A DNA stretch of 63,328 nucleotides, the filler included, from Deltaproteobacteria bacterium (GTDB lineage: Bacteria; JAEEML01): the NCBI GenBank assembly GCA_016283195.1. It is 7 parts of 7 records of this genome, joined end to end, with 100 filler letters (N's around TTAATTAATTAA, not from the genome) between each part and the next. Parts side by side here need not be neighbours in the genome. Positions count along the whole stretch, not along the records: positions 1 to 10,754 come from JAEEML010000175.1; 6 more parts are not named here. One strand, written 5' to 3'. The notes beneath the pieces are model-generated. The model was not told the DNA's origin. It ran no database searches and was given only the letters and a program-made list of their open reading frames with translations. Of this stretch, positions 1 through 10,754 are shown piece by piece. The position numbers and the translations under genes were made by a program. The number at the start of each line of letters is the position of its first letter. Position 1 is the first letter of the stretch.

Positions 1-172
1 AATTAGTATATAATATTTTTTTCACACAGCAACGCAGCATTTATAACAACCGGAAAAAATGAGAAAAAACGACAAATTATTCAAAAGCAGCCGCTACTTC
101 CACTCTGCCACAACTTCTGCTAAACTCCCGCCGGTCTGCCCTGGGCAGCCATTTACACAAAGGAAAAAGTTT

Positions 173-1279
173 ATGCCCTTTTCCGCCGCCGATACTCATT
201 TTATGCAGCTGGCTCTCGATGAGTCTTTAAAAGGCCAGGGTTTTACCGCTCCCAACCCCATGGTGGGAGCCGCGATTGTCAAAGATGGCCGCCTTTTAGC
301 CATGGGTTACCACCATAAATGCGGCGGCCCCCATGCCGAGATAGAAGCTCTAAAGCAGCTTTCCCCGGGAGAAGCCAGAGGAGCCACCATCTATGTCACT
401 TTGGAGCCTTGCAGCCATTACGGGCGCACGCCGCCCTGCTGCGAGGCCCTCTTTAAAGCCGGTATAAGCCGCGTGGTGGCGGCCATGAAAGACCCGAATC
501 CCCTGGTGAGCGGCCGCGGTCTTATTTTTTTAGAAGAGCACGGCATTAAAACAGAAGTGGGACTCATGGCCGCAGAGGCAGCCCGGCTCAACGAAATATT
601 TCTCTATTATATCAAGGAAAAGCGCCCCTTTGTTGCCCTAAAACTGGCCCAAAGCATCGACGGAGTAACAGCCCTCGAAAGCGGCGAATCCAAGTGGATA
701 ACCGGTGAAGAGGCTAGGGCCGCCGGGCGAAAGCTACGCCATATTTACGATGCTATTCTGGTGGGGGCGAGTACCATTCGCACTGATAATCCGGCGCTCA
801 CCACCCGCCTGCCCGGTCGGCGCGACCCAATAAAAATAGTGCTTAGTTCCGATGGTAACTTGCCGGAGGAAGCGCAAATTTTTAAAACAGGGCGTACTAT
901 TGTCGCCGGTAGCCGCAATATGCCGCCGGCCAATGAGGAGCGCCTAAAACAGCTGGGCGCCGAGCTTATTTTGCTGCCCGAGTGCGCTGGCCGCCCCGAT
1001 ATCACATTTCTTCTTGCTGAACTCGGCCAAAAAGAAATAAGTTCCATTTTGGTAGAAGGCGGAGCAACTGTAGCCACCTCCTTTTTAAGAGCCGGACTGG
1101 TAAATAAATTGCATATTTATGTGGCCCCGCTCCTTATTGGCGGAGCAAATTCCCGGCGTAGCGTGGGTGAACTGGAGATAAGCCACTTACAAGAGGCCCA
1201 CCGCTTTAAATTCGCCTCCGCCGAAAAATGCGGCGCAGATTTGGCTCTAACAGCTTATCCGCCGGAGGAAACTAAATGA
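173..1279 (+). CDS. ribD: Riboflavin biosynthesis bifunctional deaminase/reductase
   Basis: PNPMVGA, HAE and TLEPCSHYGRTPPC deaminase motifs; SKWIT and LVEGG reductase motifs; ATG at 173 follows AAGGA. Confidence 0.96.
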   Translation: MPFSAADTHFMQLALDESLKGQGFTAPNPMVGAAIVKDGRLLAMGYHHKCGGPHAEIEALKQLSPGEARGATIYVTLEPCSHYGRTPPCCEALFKAGISRVVAAMKDPNPLVSGRGLIFLEEHGIKTEVGLMAAEAARLNEIFLYYIKEKRPFVALKLAQSIDGVTALESGESKWITGEEARAAGRKLRHIYDAILVGASTIRTDNPALTTRLPGRRDPIKIVLSSDGNLPEEAQIFKTGRTIVAGSRNMPPANEERLKQLGAELILLPECAGRPDITFLLAELGQKEISSILVEGGATVATSFLRAGLVNKLHIYVAPLLIGGANSRRSVGELEISHLQEAHRFKFASAEKCGADLALTAYPPEETK

Positions 1280-3072
1280 CCAAAAAGAAAAAAGAGCAGA
1301 AAAAAATGGTAGCCACAGCCCAAACTGCGCCCGCTTTGAGCCAGGTAGGGCCGGCCCAAGCCCAGACTCCGGCCAAGATGGCCAGCAGCAAATTTTCTCT
1401 TAATTCCTGGCATCTTATCGGTTTATCTATGGCCATAGCAGCCCTGCTTTTATTCTCCGGCATCGGCAAACATCGCTTTTGGGACGACGAAGCCAATACC
1501 GCCGTGATGGGCCAAAATATGCTGGCCACCAAATCCGCCTCCGCCTGGAACGGGCTTAATCTGCTCTCTTACGGTATGCGCGGCAGCGTGGACACAAATT
1601 TAAAAAAAACCTCCATTCCCCCTTTGCAATATATCATCGCCGGCATAAGCCAGGAGATTTTTGGCCGCTCCACCATTGGCGCCAGAATGCTTTTTGTCCT
1701 TATCGGCCTCTTTACTCTTCTTTTTACCTCCCTCTGGTATAAAGAGGAATTTTCCAAAGAGCGCTTTTGGCCCCCGGCGCTGATTCTCGCTTTTACTGTT
1801 TCCTTTCTGCTTTACACCAGGCAAGCCCGTTATTACCCCACAGCTATGGCTTTTTCTTTTGCCATGCTCTACTTCTGGGCCAAGCTGCCAAAGGCCAAAC
1901 ATCCTTTTGTTATCGGCTTGTTAGCTTTACTTAGCGGTGCGCTTATCGCCGCCAATAATTACATCTTCGCCGGCGCTATCGGCCTTACTATTGCCGCCAG
2001 CATGGTGCGCAAGCGTTACCACAACAAGAGAAGTTATATCTTGCTGGGCGTTTTTGTTTTATCAACAATTATCGCCTCTTTTATTGTTTACAATTATTCT
2101 TACGGCACCTTTATCAAGGCTTTTGACTTTTCTTCTGCCCACTTTAGCCGCTCTCAAAACTGGATTTTCGGCGGCCTGCGCGATATGTGCCTCTTTGAAT
2201 TTGTGGCTCCCGGTATGCTCATTTTTACTCTCCCGGCTCTCTTTTGGTACTTTAAGAGCAAAGACCAGAGGCTGAAAGAAGGCGCTAAAGAACTTTTAAT
2301 TATCGTTTTTTATATGGCCGTCATGCTTCTCGGGTGCGCCTTTTTCTCGCCGCAACCGGGCGGTGCAAGAACCGTTGATATGCGCTATTTTATTGATCTT
2401 ATTCCTTTGGGAGCCGTGGCCGCCGCGCTTATTTTCGAGCTGCTTTCTTTTGGCCCGCCCAAAACTCGCCCATACCTTGGCTTAGGCTTTCTTGTCATTC
2501 TGCTGAGCAGCAACGTGCTCTATTTAAGCTTTTTGGACAAGCGCTATGAAGTACGCAGCCATCTATATGATTATATACATGAAATTGTAGCTCCTTATCC
2601 CTCTTCCACTGCCGCTGTCAGCGACTACATCGCCGCTAATATCAAGCCGGACGAGTGCCTGTTCATGGTGCCGCTCTATACTAACATCACCCAGATGTTT
2701 TATCACCCAAAGCAAAAATTCTGTGGCCTGGTTACCAAAACTGCCCCCTTTGTAAAAAAACATCCGGAACTAAGAGATGATCTTTTTTATGAAAACACCA
2801 TCCCGGACTATTTTATTGTTGGCAACAGAAATGCCCAAAATTTCAAGGCACTTCTCGATTATCTCTATGGCCCCGGCAGCTACAAATTGGCCGATGCCCT
2901 GCCGATATATTGGAAAGAGGCCACCAGGCCGGAAATTCCCTGGCGCCTTTTTTATCCGCGCACCATTAATAATCCCTTAAACGGCGGCGTACTTATTTTT
3001 AAGCGCACCGCTAACCCGGCTCACCTGCCCACTATGCCGGCCATGGAGTTTGAACGCTATGTCAAATTCTGA
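1276..3072 (+). CDS. GT-C fold membrane glycosyltransferase (ArnT/PMT_2, GT39/83-like)
   Basis: FWDDEA acidic motif after the first TM helix, PPL, RQARYY, many hydrophobic helices; overlaps the ribD stop. Confidence 0.75.
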   Translation: MTKKKKEQKKMVATAQTAPALSQVGPAQAQTPAKMASSKFSLNSWHLIGLSMAIAALLLFSGIGKHRFWDDEANTAVMGQNMLATKSASAWNGLNLLSYGMRGSVDTNLKKTSIPPLQYIIAGISQEIFGRSTIGARMLFVLIGLFTLLFTSLWYKEEFSKERFWPPALILAFTVSFLLYTRQARYYPTAMAFSFAMLYFWAKLPKAKHPFVIGLLALLSGALIAANNYIFAGAIGLTIAASMVRKRYHNKRSYILLGVFVLSTIIASFIVYNYSYGTFIKAFDFSSAHFSRSQNWIFGGLRDMCLFEFVAPGMLIFTLPALFWYFKSKDQRLKEGAKELLIIVFYMAVMLLGCAFFSPQPGGARTVDMRYFIDLIPLGAVAAALIFELLSFGPPKTRPYLGLGFLVILLSSNVLYLSFLDKRYEVRSHLYDYIHEIVAPYPSSTAAVSDYIAANIKPDECLFMVPLYTNITQMFYHPKQKFCGLVTKTAPFVKKHPELRDDLFYENTIPDYFIVGNRNAQNFKALLDYLYGPGSYKLADALPIYWKEATRPEIPWRLFYPRTINNPLNGGVLIFKRTANPAHLPTMPAMEFERYVKF

Positions 3073-3511
3073 AAAAGCATTAGACAAAGAGGCATTAAGC
3101 GCAATTATTATTAATTTTTTTGAGCGCTTTAGTCTGTGGGAGGAAACAATGGCCGAAGAGGCCGGCCTAACTCCCCGCCAGTGTCACACAGTGATTAAAA
3201 TCGGCGAAGCCGGCGGCGTGCAAATGAAAACTTTGGCCGAACTTTTGGGTATTACAACCGGCACGCTCACTATTCTCATTGGCCGCTTGCAAAAACAGGG
3301 GCTCTGCTCGCGGGTGAGCGACGCCAGCGATAAACGCGTTTATCATATTGAGCTCACCCCGGCCGGAAAGGCCATTTATCAAAAGCATAAAGAGCAGCAT
3401 AGCCGGCTGATGGAAGAAATTTTTGCCCGCCTAAGCGGCGAAGATTGCGCCGCACTGGGAAAAATATTGGAGCAGCTGAGCGTGGTTTTAGGGGGAAATC
3501 AGGGTAAATAA
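3050..3511 (+). CDS. MarR family transcriptional regulator
   Basis: LAELLGITTGTLT helix-turn-helix and DKRVYHIELTPAG wing motif. Confidence 0.9.
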   Translation: MNAMSNSEKALDKEALSAIIINFFERFSLWEETMAEEAGLTPRQCHTVIKIGEAGGVQMKTLAELLGITTGTLTILIGRLQKQGLCSRVSDASDKRVYHIELTPAGKAIYQKHKEQHSRLMEEIFARLSGEDCAALGKILEQLSVVLGGNQGK

Positions 3512-4023
3512 GGTAGCTCCCGGCAGATTTTACTAAATTCCTTAGTAATTACTTCCTCGGTAATAGCCGGTTCAACCTGCATAATGCGTTCAATTTCTCT
3601 AAAAAGCGCCCAGATTATTTTGCCTGCAATCCGGCGATACCAATAAAATTCCAGAAATATTTCATGTTCTTTAAAAAGGGCTATGGAATAATCAAACCAG
3701 GCAATGACTTTTTGCAAAATAAGCGCATATTTCAGCCCCTCGCCGGGCAGCAAATTGGGAAGATGCTCGGCCTTCTTTTTAGGCCATGAATGTACTTCTT
3801 CAAATATTTTAGTTAAATAAGCTAGTTTTTCCTGATAACCGTCCGGCTTTTGTTCCAGTAAATAACGGCTCTCAAGATCAAGAATTATGCTGCTAACCGC
3901 TTCTTTAAAATTGGGGCTTTTAGCAAAAAATTCCTGCTTGGCAAGTTCTAGAATCTCCCTTCTGGCGTTCTCAAGCATTGCGAGCAAATATTTTGTTTCC
4001 GGCGCCTGCATGGTTATCCTCAT
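3499..4023 (-). CDS. Hypothetical protein
   Basis: 174-aa ORF whose start overlaps the stop of the 4020-4607 ORF; no motif recognised. Confidence 0.55.
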   Translation of the reverse strand: MRITMQAPETKYLLAMLENARREILELAKQEFFAKSPNFKEAVSSIILDLESRYLLEQKPDGYQEKLAYLTKIFEEVHSWPKKKAEHLPNLLPGEGLKYALILQKVIAWFDYSIALFKEHEIFLEFYWYRRIAGKIIWALFREIERIMQVEPAITEEVITKEFSKICRELPYLP

Positions 4024-4607
4024 AAGTTCGATAAATTTTTAGCGGAAAAGCGTGCTTTTAGCCACCAGACAAATAGATTCTTGGCATAGACCACTAAAAA
4101 AAGAAAAGCCCCAACGACAAAAGAACCAGTTAAAAGCGTTAAAAACATGGCAAAAAACATACCTTCTATAGCAGCCATGACCCCAAGTTTTTGCGCCAGG
4201 ATAATGTTATAACCCATAATAAATTCACCTTGGTATTGAACAGACATTACAGTAAGTGAAGTCACAAGTCCGCTTATAATACCTATTCCAAGCCCACTAC
4301 AAAGCGCTATTACCAATCCTTTAATGCCAGTTTGTTTGAATAGTATCTTATCGGCCAATAGCGCCGCTACAGCTAAAAGAGCACTAAATGATATTCTAAA
4401 TGCCAGCATATAATCTTCGATTTTTAGAATTTTTACATAAAATGAGCGCAAAGGATATTCCGAAAGCCAATATATTGCAGCAAAAGCAAGCGCAAAGTAG
4501 CACAAAAAATTTACCAATAAAATCATGGCATTTTTTGTCTTTGAGTCAGATATTGCCAATTGCGCCATGCCATCTATCCCCTTTATCAGCTCCAGATAAT
4601 ATGCCAT
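4020..4607 (-). CDS. Hypothetical membrane protein
   Basis: Four or more hydrophobic segments; start codon uncertain. Confidence 0.6.
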   Translation of the reverse strand: MAYYLELIKGIDGMAQLAISDSKTKNAMILLVNFLCYFALAFAAIYWLSEYPLRSFYVKILKIEDYMLAFRISFSALLAVAALLADKILFKQTGIKGLVIALCSGLGIGIISGLVTSLTVMSVQYQGEFIMGYNIILAQKLGVMAAIEGMFFAMFLTLLTGSFVVGAFLFLVVYAKNLFVWWLKARFSAKNLSNL

Positions 4608-4685
4608 TTGCCTTAATAAATGCCAAAGTATTTTTATCGCTCTTTTCCTTTAGCGGAGTAATAATTCCTTTTTGCCTTTTAAGCG

Positions 4686-4757
4686 GAGCCCCTCGCCATT
4701 TGTAAAAATGGAGAGGTGGCGCTATGCAATAAACTCCACTATTTGTCGGGGTGAGGG
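4686..4757. repeat. REP/MITE-like palindromic repeat, copy 1
   Basis: CCCCTCGCCATTTGTAAAAATGGAGAGG is identical to 44387-44414; followed by GGGGTGAGGG. Confidence 0.75.
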
Positions 4758-4828
4758 CCAAATGCATATTGAGCCCAAAATTTGGGCTGGGAAGCAGCGA
4801 AAACAGGAAAGAAGAGCGCGGCGGGAAG

Positions 4829-6064
4829 TTACTTCAAATAGGTGCTGTAGAGGGTAGCGGCCACGTTTTTCCAGGTAAATTGCTGGATAACCATATCATG
4901 AGCCGTTTTGGCCAAATAGCGCCCGTAATCGGGGTGGTCGATAATCTTGGCTATAGCCCGTTTTACCTCTTCATGATTAGTGGGCTCAATAATAAGGCAG
5001 TTATCCTCATGGCGCAAAATATCTTTTATACCGCCGTGGCTGCTGACAATCACCGGCGTATTACAGGCCATGGCTTCAAGGACCACAATACCAAAGGGCT
5101 CATAAGAGCTCGCCAGCACAAAAGCGGCCGCCGTTTGCATGTGGCGAGCCAGTTCAGCTACATCGAGGTGGCCGGCCAAAATAACTCTGTCTTGCAAATG
5201 GTGCTCGGCTATGGCCTCCTGAATAGCAGCATCAGCCAGTTTTTCTTCCTGGCTGGGCTCAGCAGAACCGCCGCCGCCGATAACCAGCAATAAGTCGCGC
5301 TCCGGCACCAGACCGGCAAAAGCATGGATAAGATGGTGGAAGCCCTTGCTGATGGCATGGCGGCCGGTGGCAAAGATAAAGGGGCGATCGTAAGGGCTTT
5401 CGGCCTTATCATCGGCATAAAAGCGGTTATCGTTAAAACCGGGCGGCACAATATCCACCTTTTCCGAGCCGATGGAATAAAAGCGGCGGAGGAGCTCCAC
5501 TTCGGTGGTGGAGGCAGCGGTGATGCGTTTTGCCTGGCCAAAAACCCGGTGCTCAACCGCTATACGCTCTTTAAATTGCTCAAAAGCCGATAAATCAATG
5601 CACGGCTCATCAAAAAGTTGCTCGCGCTTCCAGGCGCCCAAAGAGTGCGGCGTCACATATAGGGGCAAATTATAGCGCTTGGCCAGTTCGCCGGCTACCA
5701 AAGCGCCGTCCCAATAATGGCCGTGGACAAGATCATATTTGATGCCGTGCAGATCGATAAAATCCGCTAAATTCTGTGTAAATTCACCGAGATATTGGCC
5801 TATTTCCTCTTTTGGCACAAAATGGCCCGGCCCGGCAGGAAGGCGCAAAATACGCCCGCCCTCGCAAATATCCTCCACCTGAGCCCGGTCATCAAAGAGG
5901 CGCGTAGCCACATCCACCTGGCAGCCCATGTGACCGAGAGCTTTGGCCATCTCCACAATATAAAGCACCTGGCCGCCGGTATCGGTGCGCCCCAAAACGG
6001 GTTTTATATCGAGATAACCATGAGGGCTAACATTGAGAATATTTAGCTTTTTTGCCGTTTGCAT
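4829..6064 (-). CDS. GT4 glycosyltransferase, sucrose-phosphate/mannosylfructose-phosphate synthase-like
   Basis: SPHGY, LGRTDTGGQVLY, HGHYWD, TPHSLG and EPFGIVVLEAMAC motifs. Confidence 0.8.
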   Translation of the reverse strand: MQTAKKLNILNVSPHGYLDIKPVLGRTDTGGQVLYIVEMAKALGHMGCQVDVATRLFDDRAQVEDICEGGRILRLPAGPGHFVPKEEIGQYLGEFTQNLADFIDLHGIKYDLVHGHYWDGALVAGELAKRYNLPLYVTPHSLGAWKREQLFDEPCIDLSAFEQFKERIAVEHRVFGQAKRITAASTTEVELLRRFYSIGSEKVDIVPPGFNDNRFYADDKAESPYDRPFIFATGRHAISKGFHHLIHAFAGLVPERDLLLVIGGGGSAEPSQEEKLADAAIQEAIAEHHLQDRVILAGHLDVAELARHMQTAAAFVLASSYEPFGIVVLEAMACNTPVIVSSHGGIKDILRHEDNCLIIEPTNHEEVKRAIAKIIDHPDYGRYLAKTAHDMVIQQFTWKNVAATLYSTYLK

Positions 6065-6076
6065 TATTCCGTTCCT

Positions 6077-6622
6077 TTAGAGGATTATCTCACGCAAGGG
6101 GTAAGAAAATTCCTCACTAAAGGCCTCAAAAACCGAGCGATTTTGTAATTTGGCCAAAAGAAAGAGGAGCGCCAGCCTGGTAGCTTCATCTTGAATAGCC
6201 GCCCTCTCACCGGCCAGATTAGCTTCCAAAACAGCCGAGGACCCCTCAAGGCGTGAAAGGCCATAATAGACGGTACCCACCGGGTGATTATCAGCCGGGC
6301 CGGCCGGGCCGGCAAAACCGGTGACCGAGAGGGTATAGGTGGCATTAAGTGCCAAAGAGCCCCCTTTAGACATAGCTTCGGCACATTCCGGGCTAACTGC
6401 CCCTTCATGTTCCAAAATATCCTGCGGCACATCGGCCAGTTTGGCTTTTATTTCATCGGTATAAGTAACAATGGCCCCTTTTACCACACTTGAAGCGCCG
6501 GGCACAGCTGTGAGCGCGGCTACCACCCGCCCGCCGGTAATCGACTCAATAGTGCCAATAGTAGCCTTTTGCTCCTTGGCCAAGCTAATGATTTCCTTAG
6601 CTATTTCCGCTATAGTCCGCAT
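6077..6622 (-). CDS. CinA C-terminal/PncC family nicotinamide-nucleotide amidohydrolase
   Basis: ESITGG, PGAS, GAVS, TGFAGP and PVGTVY motifs. Confidence 0.88.
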   Translation of the reverse strand: MRTIAEIAKEIISLAKEQKATIGTIESITGGRVVAALTAVPGASSVVKGAIVTYTDEIKAKLADVPQDILEHEGAVSPECAEAMSKGGSLALNATYTLSVTGFAGPAGPADNHPVGTVYYGLSRLEGSSAVLEANLAGERAAIQDEATRLALLFLLAKLQNRSVFEAFSEEFSYPLREIIL

Positions 6623-6633
6623 GAAGCTCTCCC

Positions 6634-9042
6634 TTAGCGCAGCGTAAGTTTGTGCTCTTCAAGGTGCTTTAAAAGGGCCTGATGGAAGCCGGTAATCTCT
6701 TCGCCGCTGATGGTGCGGTCGGCCCGCCCCAGCCAGTAACGAATGGAATAACTCACCATGCCTTCCGGCAAGCCTTTGCCGGTATAAGAGCTGACGAATT
6801 GCCAGCCCTTAGTGAGCGGATTCTCAAATTTCTTTATAATTTCGCTAAATTCCCCATAGGGCTTACCGGCAGGGAAGAGCACGCTGAAATCGAGCCAGGA
6901 ACCGGGCACGTTAGCCGGCGCTTTAAAGTGCACTTCCGGATAAATGGGGCCGCTCATAGCTGCCAGGCTAAGCTCAAACCAGACTACTTCCGCTCCTTTG
7001 CCAAAGGGTGCCAGCTGGCTCTGCGCCAAGTGGCCGATATGGCCGTAGAGCTTGCCATCTTTACCCTTTACGGCGAGGCAAATAGCCGGATCAATCCAGG
7101 GCCATTCACTGCTTTTTTCGGCCGGCACCAGTTCATATTCTTCACCGCGCGCGCCGTTTTCCATCACGCTCTTTAAAACGCCTTTAGCCTCGGCAAAAAG
7201 ATCGCTCAGAGAACCGTTTTTAGTGAGCCTAAAGAATACAGCCCCTAAATTATCGTGTTCCTGCCAATCCTTTTCTCCTTTGGGGAAATAAACTTTGCCG
7301 GCCTCAAAAAGGCGCAAGGTATCGGTATGGTGGCGGTTCATGTTGGTAAAAGCCAAGAGACCGGGAATAAGGCTGGTGCGCAGGCGCGCCAGATGGCCGG
7401 CACAGGGGTTAGCTATTTTAAGCGTCTCTTTGGGCGCAGCTTTCAGCTCTTTTAACCACTCATCATCAAACCAGGAATAAGCGTGCACTTCGTTAAAATT
7501 ATGGGCACTCGCCATGAGGCGGCGCACAATTTGCAAGCGGTCATGCTCTATTAAATGCTTTAAAGGTGTTTGCTCCACCTTGGGCATGGCGGGGGTGATA
7601 TTGTCGTAGCCGTAAACGCGGGCCACCTCTTCCACTAAATCCTGAGCAATAGCGATATCGGTGCGGTGCTGCGGAGCAGTAACTATAGTGGTGCCACCCT
7701 CGCCCACTTCCACTTGAAATTCCAGGCTCTTTAAAATAGAGTTTATCGTCTCTTCGGAGATATCCATGCCCACTTTGTTTTTAATATAGCCGGGTTCCAA
7801 AGTGATTTTGGCCGGCTCTTTGGGGCGCGGAATGATTGTCGTCATTTTGGAAGCCACTTTGACTTTTTGCCCGCCATCCATCAGCAATTTGACATAGCGT
7901 TTTAAAGCGAGCTCCATATTACAAATGGGCTGATTCTTTTCGAAGCGCAGGCTGGAATCGGTTCTTAGCGCGAGGCGCAAAGCGGTGCGCCGCACCCGGG
8001 CCGGGTAAAAATTGGCGCTTTCCAAAAAGAGCGAGGTGGTGTCATCAAAAACCTGGGAATCATGGCCGCCCATCACCCCGGCAATAGCCACCGGCTCCTC
8101 GCCGTTAAAGATCATGAGGTCGCTTTTTATCATTTTGCGCTCTTCATCATCGAGCGTCATAAAAGTGCCTTCATGGCCAAAGGGGGCAACGCGCACGCGA
8201 TCTATCTTGCGCCCATCAAAAGAGTGCATGGGCTGAGCGAGTTCCCAAAGCAAATAATTGGTTAAATCAACCAAAATATTGATGGGCCGTGAACCAACCG
8301 CAGCCAGGCGCGCCTGGATAATGGCCGGCGAGGGAGCGGTGGAAAGATTTTCAAGGCGCACGCCGGAATAGCCGCGCCCGCCCTCTGGATCGTCATCTAT
8401 AGTAATATCGAGAGCCGGCAAATCATCGTGCTGCTTTAGGTCATAAGTATCAAGGGGCGACAATTGGCCGTGCAAAATAGCCGCGAGCTCCCTGGCAAAG
8501 CCGTAGTGGCCCCAAAGGTCGGCGCGGTGAGTCAAACTTTTATTATCAAATTCAATGAGATAATCATCATCAGGCACCAGTTCGGAAAGAGGGGTACCGG
8601 GCTTTAAATCAGCGGGCAATTCAATAACGCCATAATGGAAATCACCCCACCCTAGCTCCTTTAAAGAGCAGAGCATAGCTTCACACATCAGGCCGTGGCG
8701 CTCCTCTTTAACCACTTTTTGCCCGCCGCTAAGTTCGGCACCGGTAAGAGCAATAGCGGTAGTGAGGCCGCTCTTTACATTAGGCGCCCCGCATATAGTT
8801 TTAATAGTGCGCCCGCCGCCGATATCGGCTTCCACAATAGAAAGCGGATGGTCGGGACGGCTTTCGGCATGGGGAGTAACACTTAAAACTTTGCCGATAA
8901 CCACATTTTTGTGATGGCGCTCAAGATGCTCCACCCCCTCTACTTCGGCGGTAGCCATAGTGAGTTTTAGCGCCAGAGCTTCCGGCGCCGGCAAAGTACA
9001 ATCTTTTAAATAACTGGTCATCCATTCCAAAGAAAGTTTCAT
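6634..9042 (-). CDS. pheT: Phenylalanine--tRNA ligase beta subunit
   Basis: CGAPN, MLCS, AIAGVMGG, ESANF, DLVEEVARVYGY; directly downstream of pheS. Confidence 0.97.
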   Translation of the reverse strand: MKLSLEWMTSYLKDCTLPAPEALALKLTMATAEVEGVEHLERHHKNVVIGKVLSVTPHAESRPDHPLSIVEADIGGGRTIKTICGAPNVKSGLTTAIALTGAELSGGQKVVKEERHGLMCEAMLCSLKELGWGDFHYGVIELPADLKPGTPLSELVPDDDYLIEFDNKSLTHRADLWGHYGFARELAAILHGQLSPLDTYDLKQHDDLPALDITIDDDPEGGRGYSGVRLENLSTAPSPAIIQARLAAVGSRPINILVDLTNYLLWELAQPMHSFDGRKIDRVRVAPFGHEGTFMTLDDEERKMIKSDLMIFNGEEPVAIAGVMGGHDSQVFDDTTSLFLESANFYPARVRRTALRLALRTDSSLRFEKNQPICNMELALKRYVKLLMDGGQKVKVASKMTTIIPRPKEPAKITLEPGYIKNKVGMDISEETINSILKSLEFQVEVGEGGTTIVTAPQHRTDIAIAQDLVEEVARVYGYDNITPAMPKVEQTPLKHLIEHDRLQIVRRLMASAHNFNEVHAYSWFDDEWLKELKAAPKETLKIANPCAGHLARLRTSLIPGLLAFTNMNRHHTDTLRLFEAGKVYFPKGEKDWQEHDNLGAVFFRLTKNGSLSDLFAEAKGVLKSVMENGARGEEYELVPAEKSSEWPWIDPAICLAVKGKDGKLYGHIGHLAQSQLAPFGKGAEVVWFELSLAAMSGPIYPEVHFKAPANVPGSWLDFSVLFPAGKPYGEFSEIIKKFENPLTKGWQFVSSYTGKGLPEGMVSYSIRYWLGRADRTISGEEITGFHQALLKHLEEHKLTLR

Positions 9043-9055
9043 TGGACACCTCTAA

Positions 9056-10075
9056 TCAAAGCATGGCCGGGAATTGGCTGAGTACGCGAATATCGCCGCC
9101 GTTTAAATAGCGGATATCGGAAATGCCGTATTTCATCATGGCCAGGCGCGTAAGCCCCACGCCAAAAGCAAAACCGCTATATTCATTCGGATCGATAAGG
9201 CCGTTTTTCAGCACATTGGGGTGAATGAGGCCGCAGGGGAGTAATTCCACCCAGCCGCTTCTTTTACAAGTGGGGCAGCCGCTGCCGCCGCAAATAAGGC
9301 ACTCGATATCGAGCTCAAAACCGGGCTCGGTAAAGGGGAAAAAGCCGGGGCGCAGGCGCACGGTAACCTCTTTATGAAAGACGCCGCTAAGAAGGGTTTT
9401 CATCACCGCTATCAAATTGGCAATGGTGATGTTTTTATCAATCATGAGCCCTTCAAGCTGATAAAAAGTATTTTCATGCGAGGCATCAAGGTTTTCCGCT
9501 CTAAAGCAGCGCCCGGGGAAAATGGCTCTAAGTGGCGCCCCGAAACGGCGCATCACCCGCACCTGGTTAGCTGTAGTGTGCGTGCGCAAAAGGAGGCCGT
9601 TAGTGAGCCAAAAAGTATCCTGAGCTTCGCGCGCCGGGTGATCTTTGGGGATATTGGGGCCATCGAAATTATTAAATTCCGTCTCCACTTCATAGCCGCT
9701 ATCCACCATAAAGCCCATATCGGTAAAGAGCTGCTCGAGCTCCAGTTGCACCAAAGAAACCGGGTGGAGCGAACCTGGCGCCATAGCGCTCACCGGCATG
9801 GTCAAATCTATTTCCGGGCGAATATCGCCGGCCGCCTCACCTGCCGTTTTACCAGCAAAAGCGTTTTCGGCCAATTCCTTTAACTGGTTGAAAAGTTTCC
9901 CGAATTCTTTACGGGCTTCCACGCTCATGGCCCGCATATCCACCGATTTTTGGAAATTGGTGATGAGCCCCTGTTTGCGCCCTAAATATTTAGTGCGCAG
10001 TTCTTCTCGCGCCTCGGCGCTTTTGGCCTCAGCCAGGTCATGCAAAAATTGTTCTTTTAATTCCGCTAGTTTCAT
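9056..10075 (-). CDS. pheS: Phenylalanine--tRNA ligase alpha subunit
   Basis: HPAREAQDTF, LLRTHT, FYQLEG, FPFTEP and GFAFGVG motifs. Confidence 0.97.
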   Translation of the reverse strand: MKLAELKEQFLHDLAEAKSAEAREELRTKYLGRKQGLITNFQKSVDMRAMSVEARKEFGKLFNQLKELAENAFAGKTAGEAAGDIRPEIDLTMPVSAMAPGSLHPVSLVQLELEQLFTDMGFMVDSGYEVETEFNNFDGPNIPKDHPAREAQDTFWLTNGLLLRTHTTANQVRVMRRFGAPLRAIFPGRCFRAENLDASHENTFYQLEGLMIDKNITIANLIAVMKTLLSGVFHKEVTVRLRPGFFPFTEPGFELDIECLICGGSGCPTCKRSGWVELLPCGLIHPNVLKNGLIDPNEYSGFAFGVGLTRLAMMKYGISDIRYLNGGDIRVLSQFPAML

Positions 10076-10247
10076 CTAATGCCCCCAGCAAAAGTGTAGC
10101 CTGGCAAATTTTTGGCCAGGCGGCGTCAAAATGCCACAACTTGGGCGGGGTGTCCATAGTGATTATGCCTTTGTGACAACCAATTAATCCTTCACTTCCT
10201 AAAAACCGACTAGAAATGTAAACAGTGCTTTGGTTGTAAGTTTTTTT

Positions 10248-10754
10248 CTATCGAGCGGCTTTCCAAGATTCAGGTTCAAGTTCTGGATAACTCATAACAA
10301 CCAACCGAACAAGTGAAAGCAACATGCCAAGACTATCGCCCATTTCCAAAGTAAACCATTCTGAGAAGAATCTGTCGGTGCTTTCTTGGGCATTAAGCAT
10401 CAAAGTATTACATTTTTCGCAAATTGGTGCCAGGTTTTCTACAATATATTTACCAAATTCATGTGTTGGCGGTGGTGGAGTTATTGGTTTTGATGATTTA
10501 TATGAGCCGAGCAATAAATATTTTTCCTCTTTTTCGGTTCTTTTTGTATTTGTGAGCTCATAGAGACGACTCAGTATACTCAGTACCATGCTCTTCATAA
10601 CTCGAGAAATTTTTGCCTCGGTATATGAGCACAGTGGTGAAGCACCATAATTTTGTGCTGTGGCTTTATTGAAATTATCTAACGAAGAAATAATATCTTC
10701 CATTCCTGCAATTAAAACCTCATATAATTCCATATCTATCTTCCTAAGCACTCA
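10248..10754 (-). CDS. Hypothetical protein, 5' end truncated by contig end
   Basis: AT-rich ORF running into the N spacer. Confidence 0.5.

Noticed and set aside
1-172. FMN riboswitch upstream of ribD
   Set aside because: No RFN consensus (AGGGCGGGG..AATTCCCGACC) is visible in the available leader
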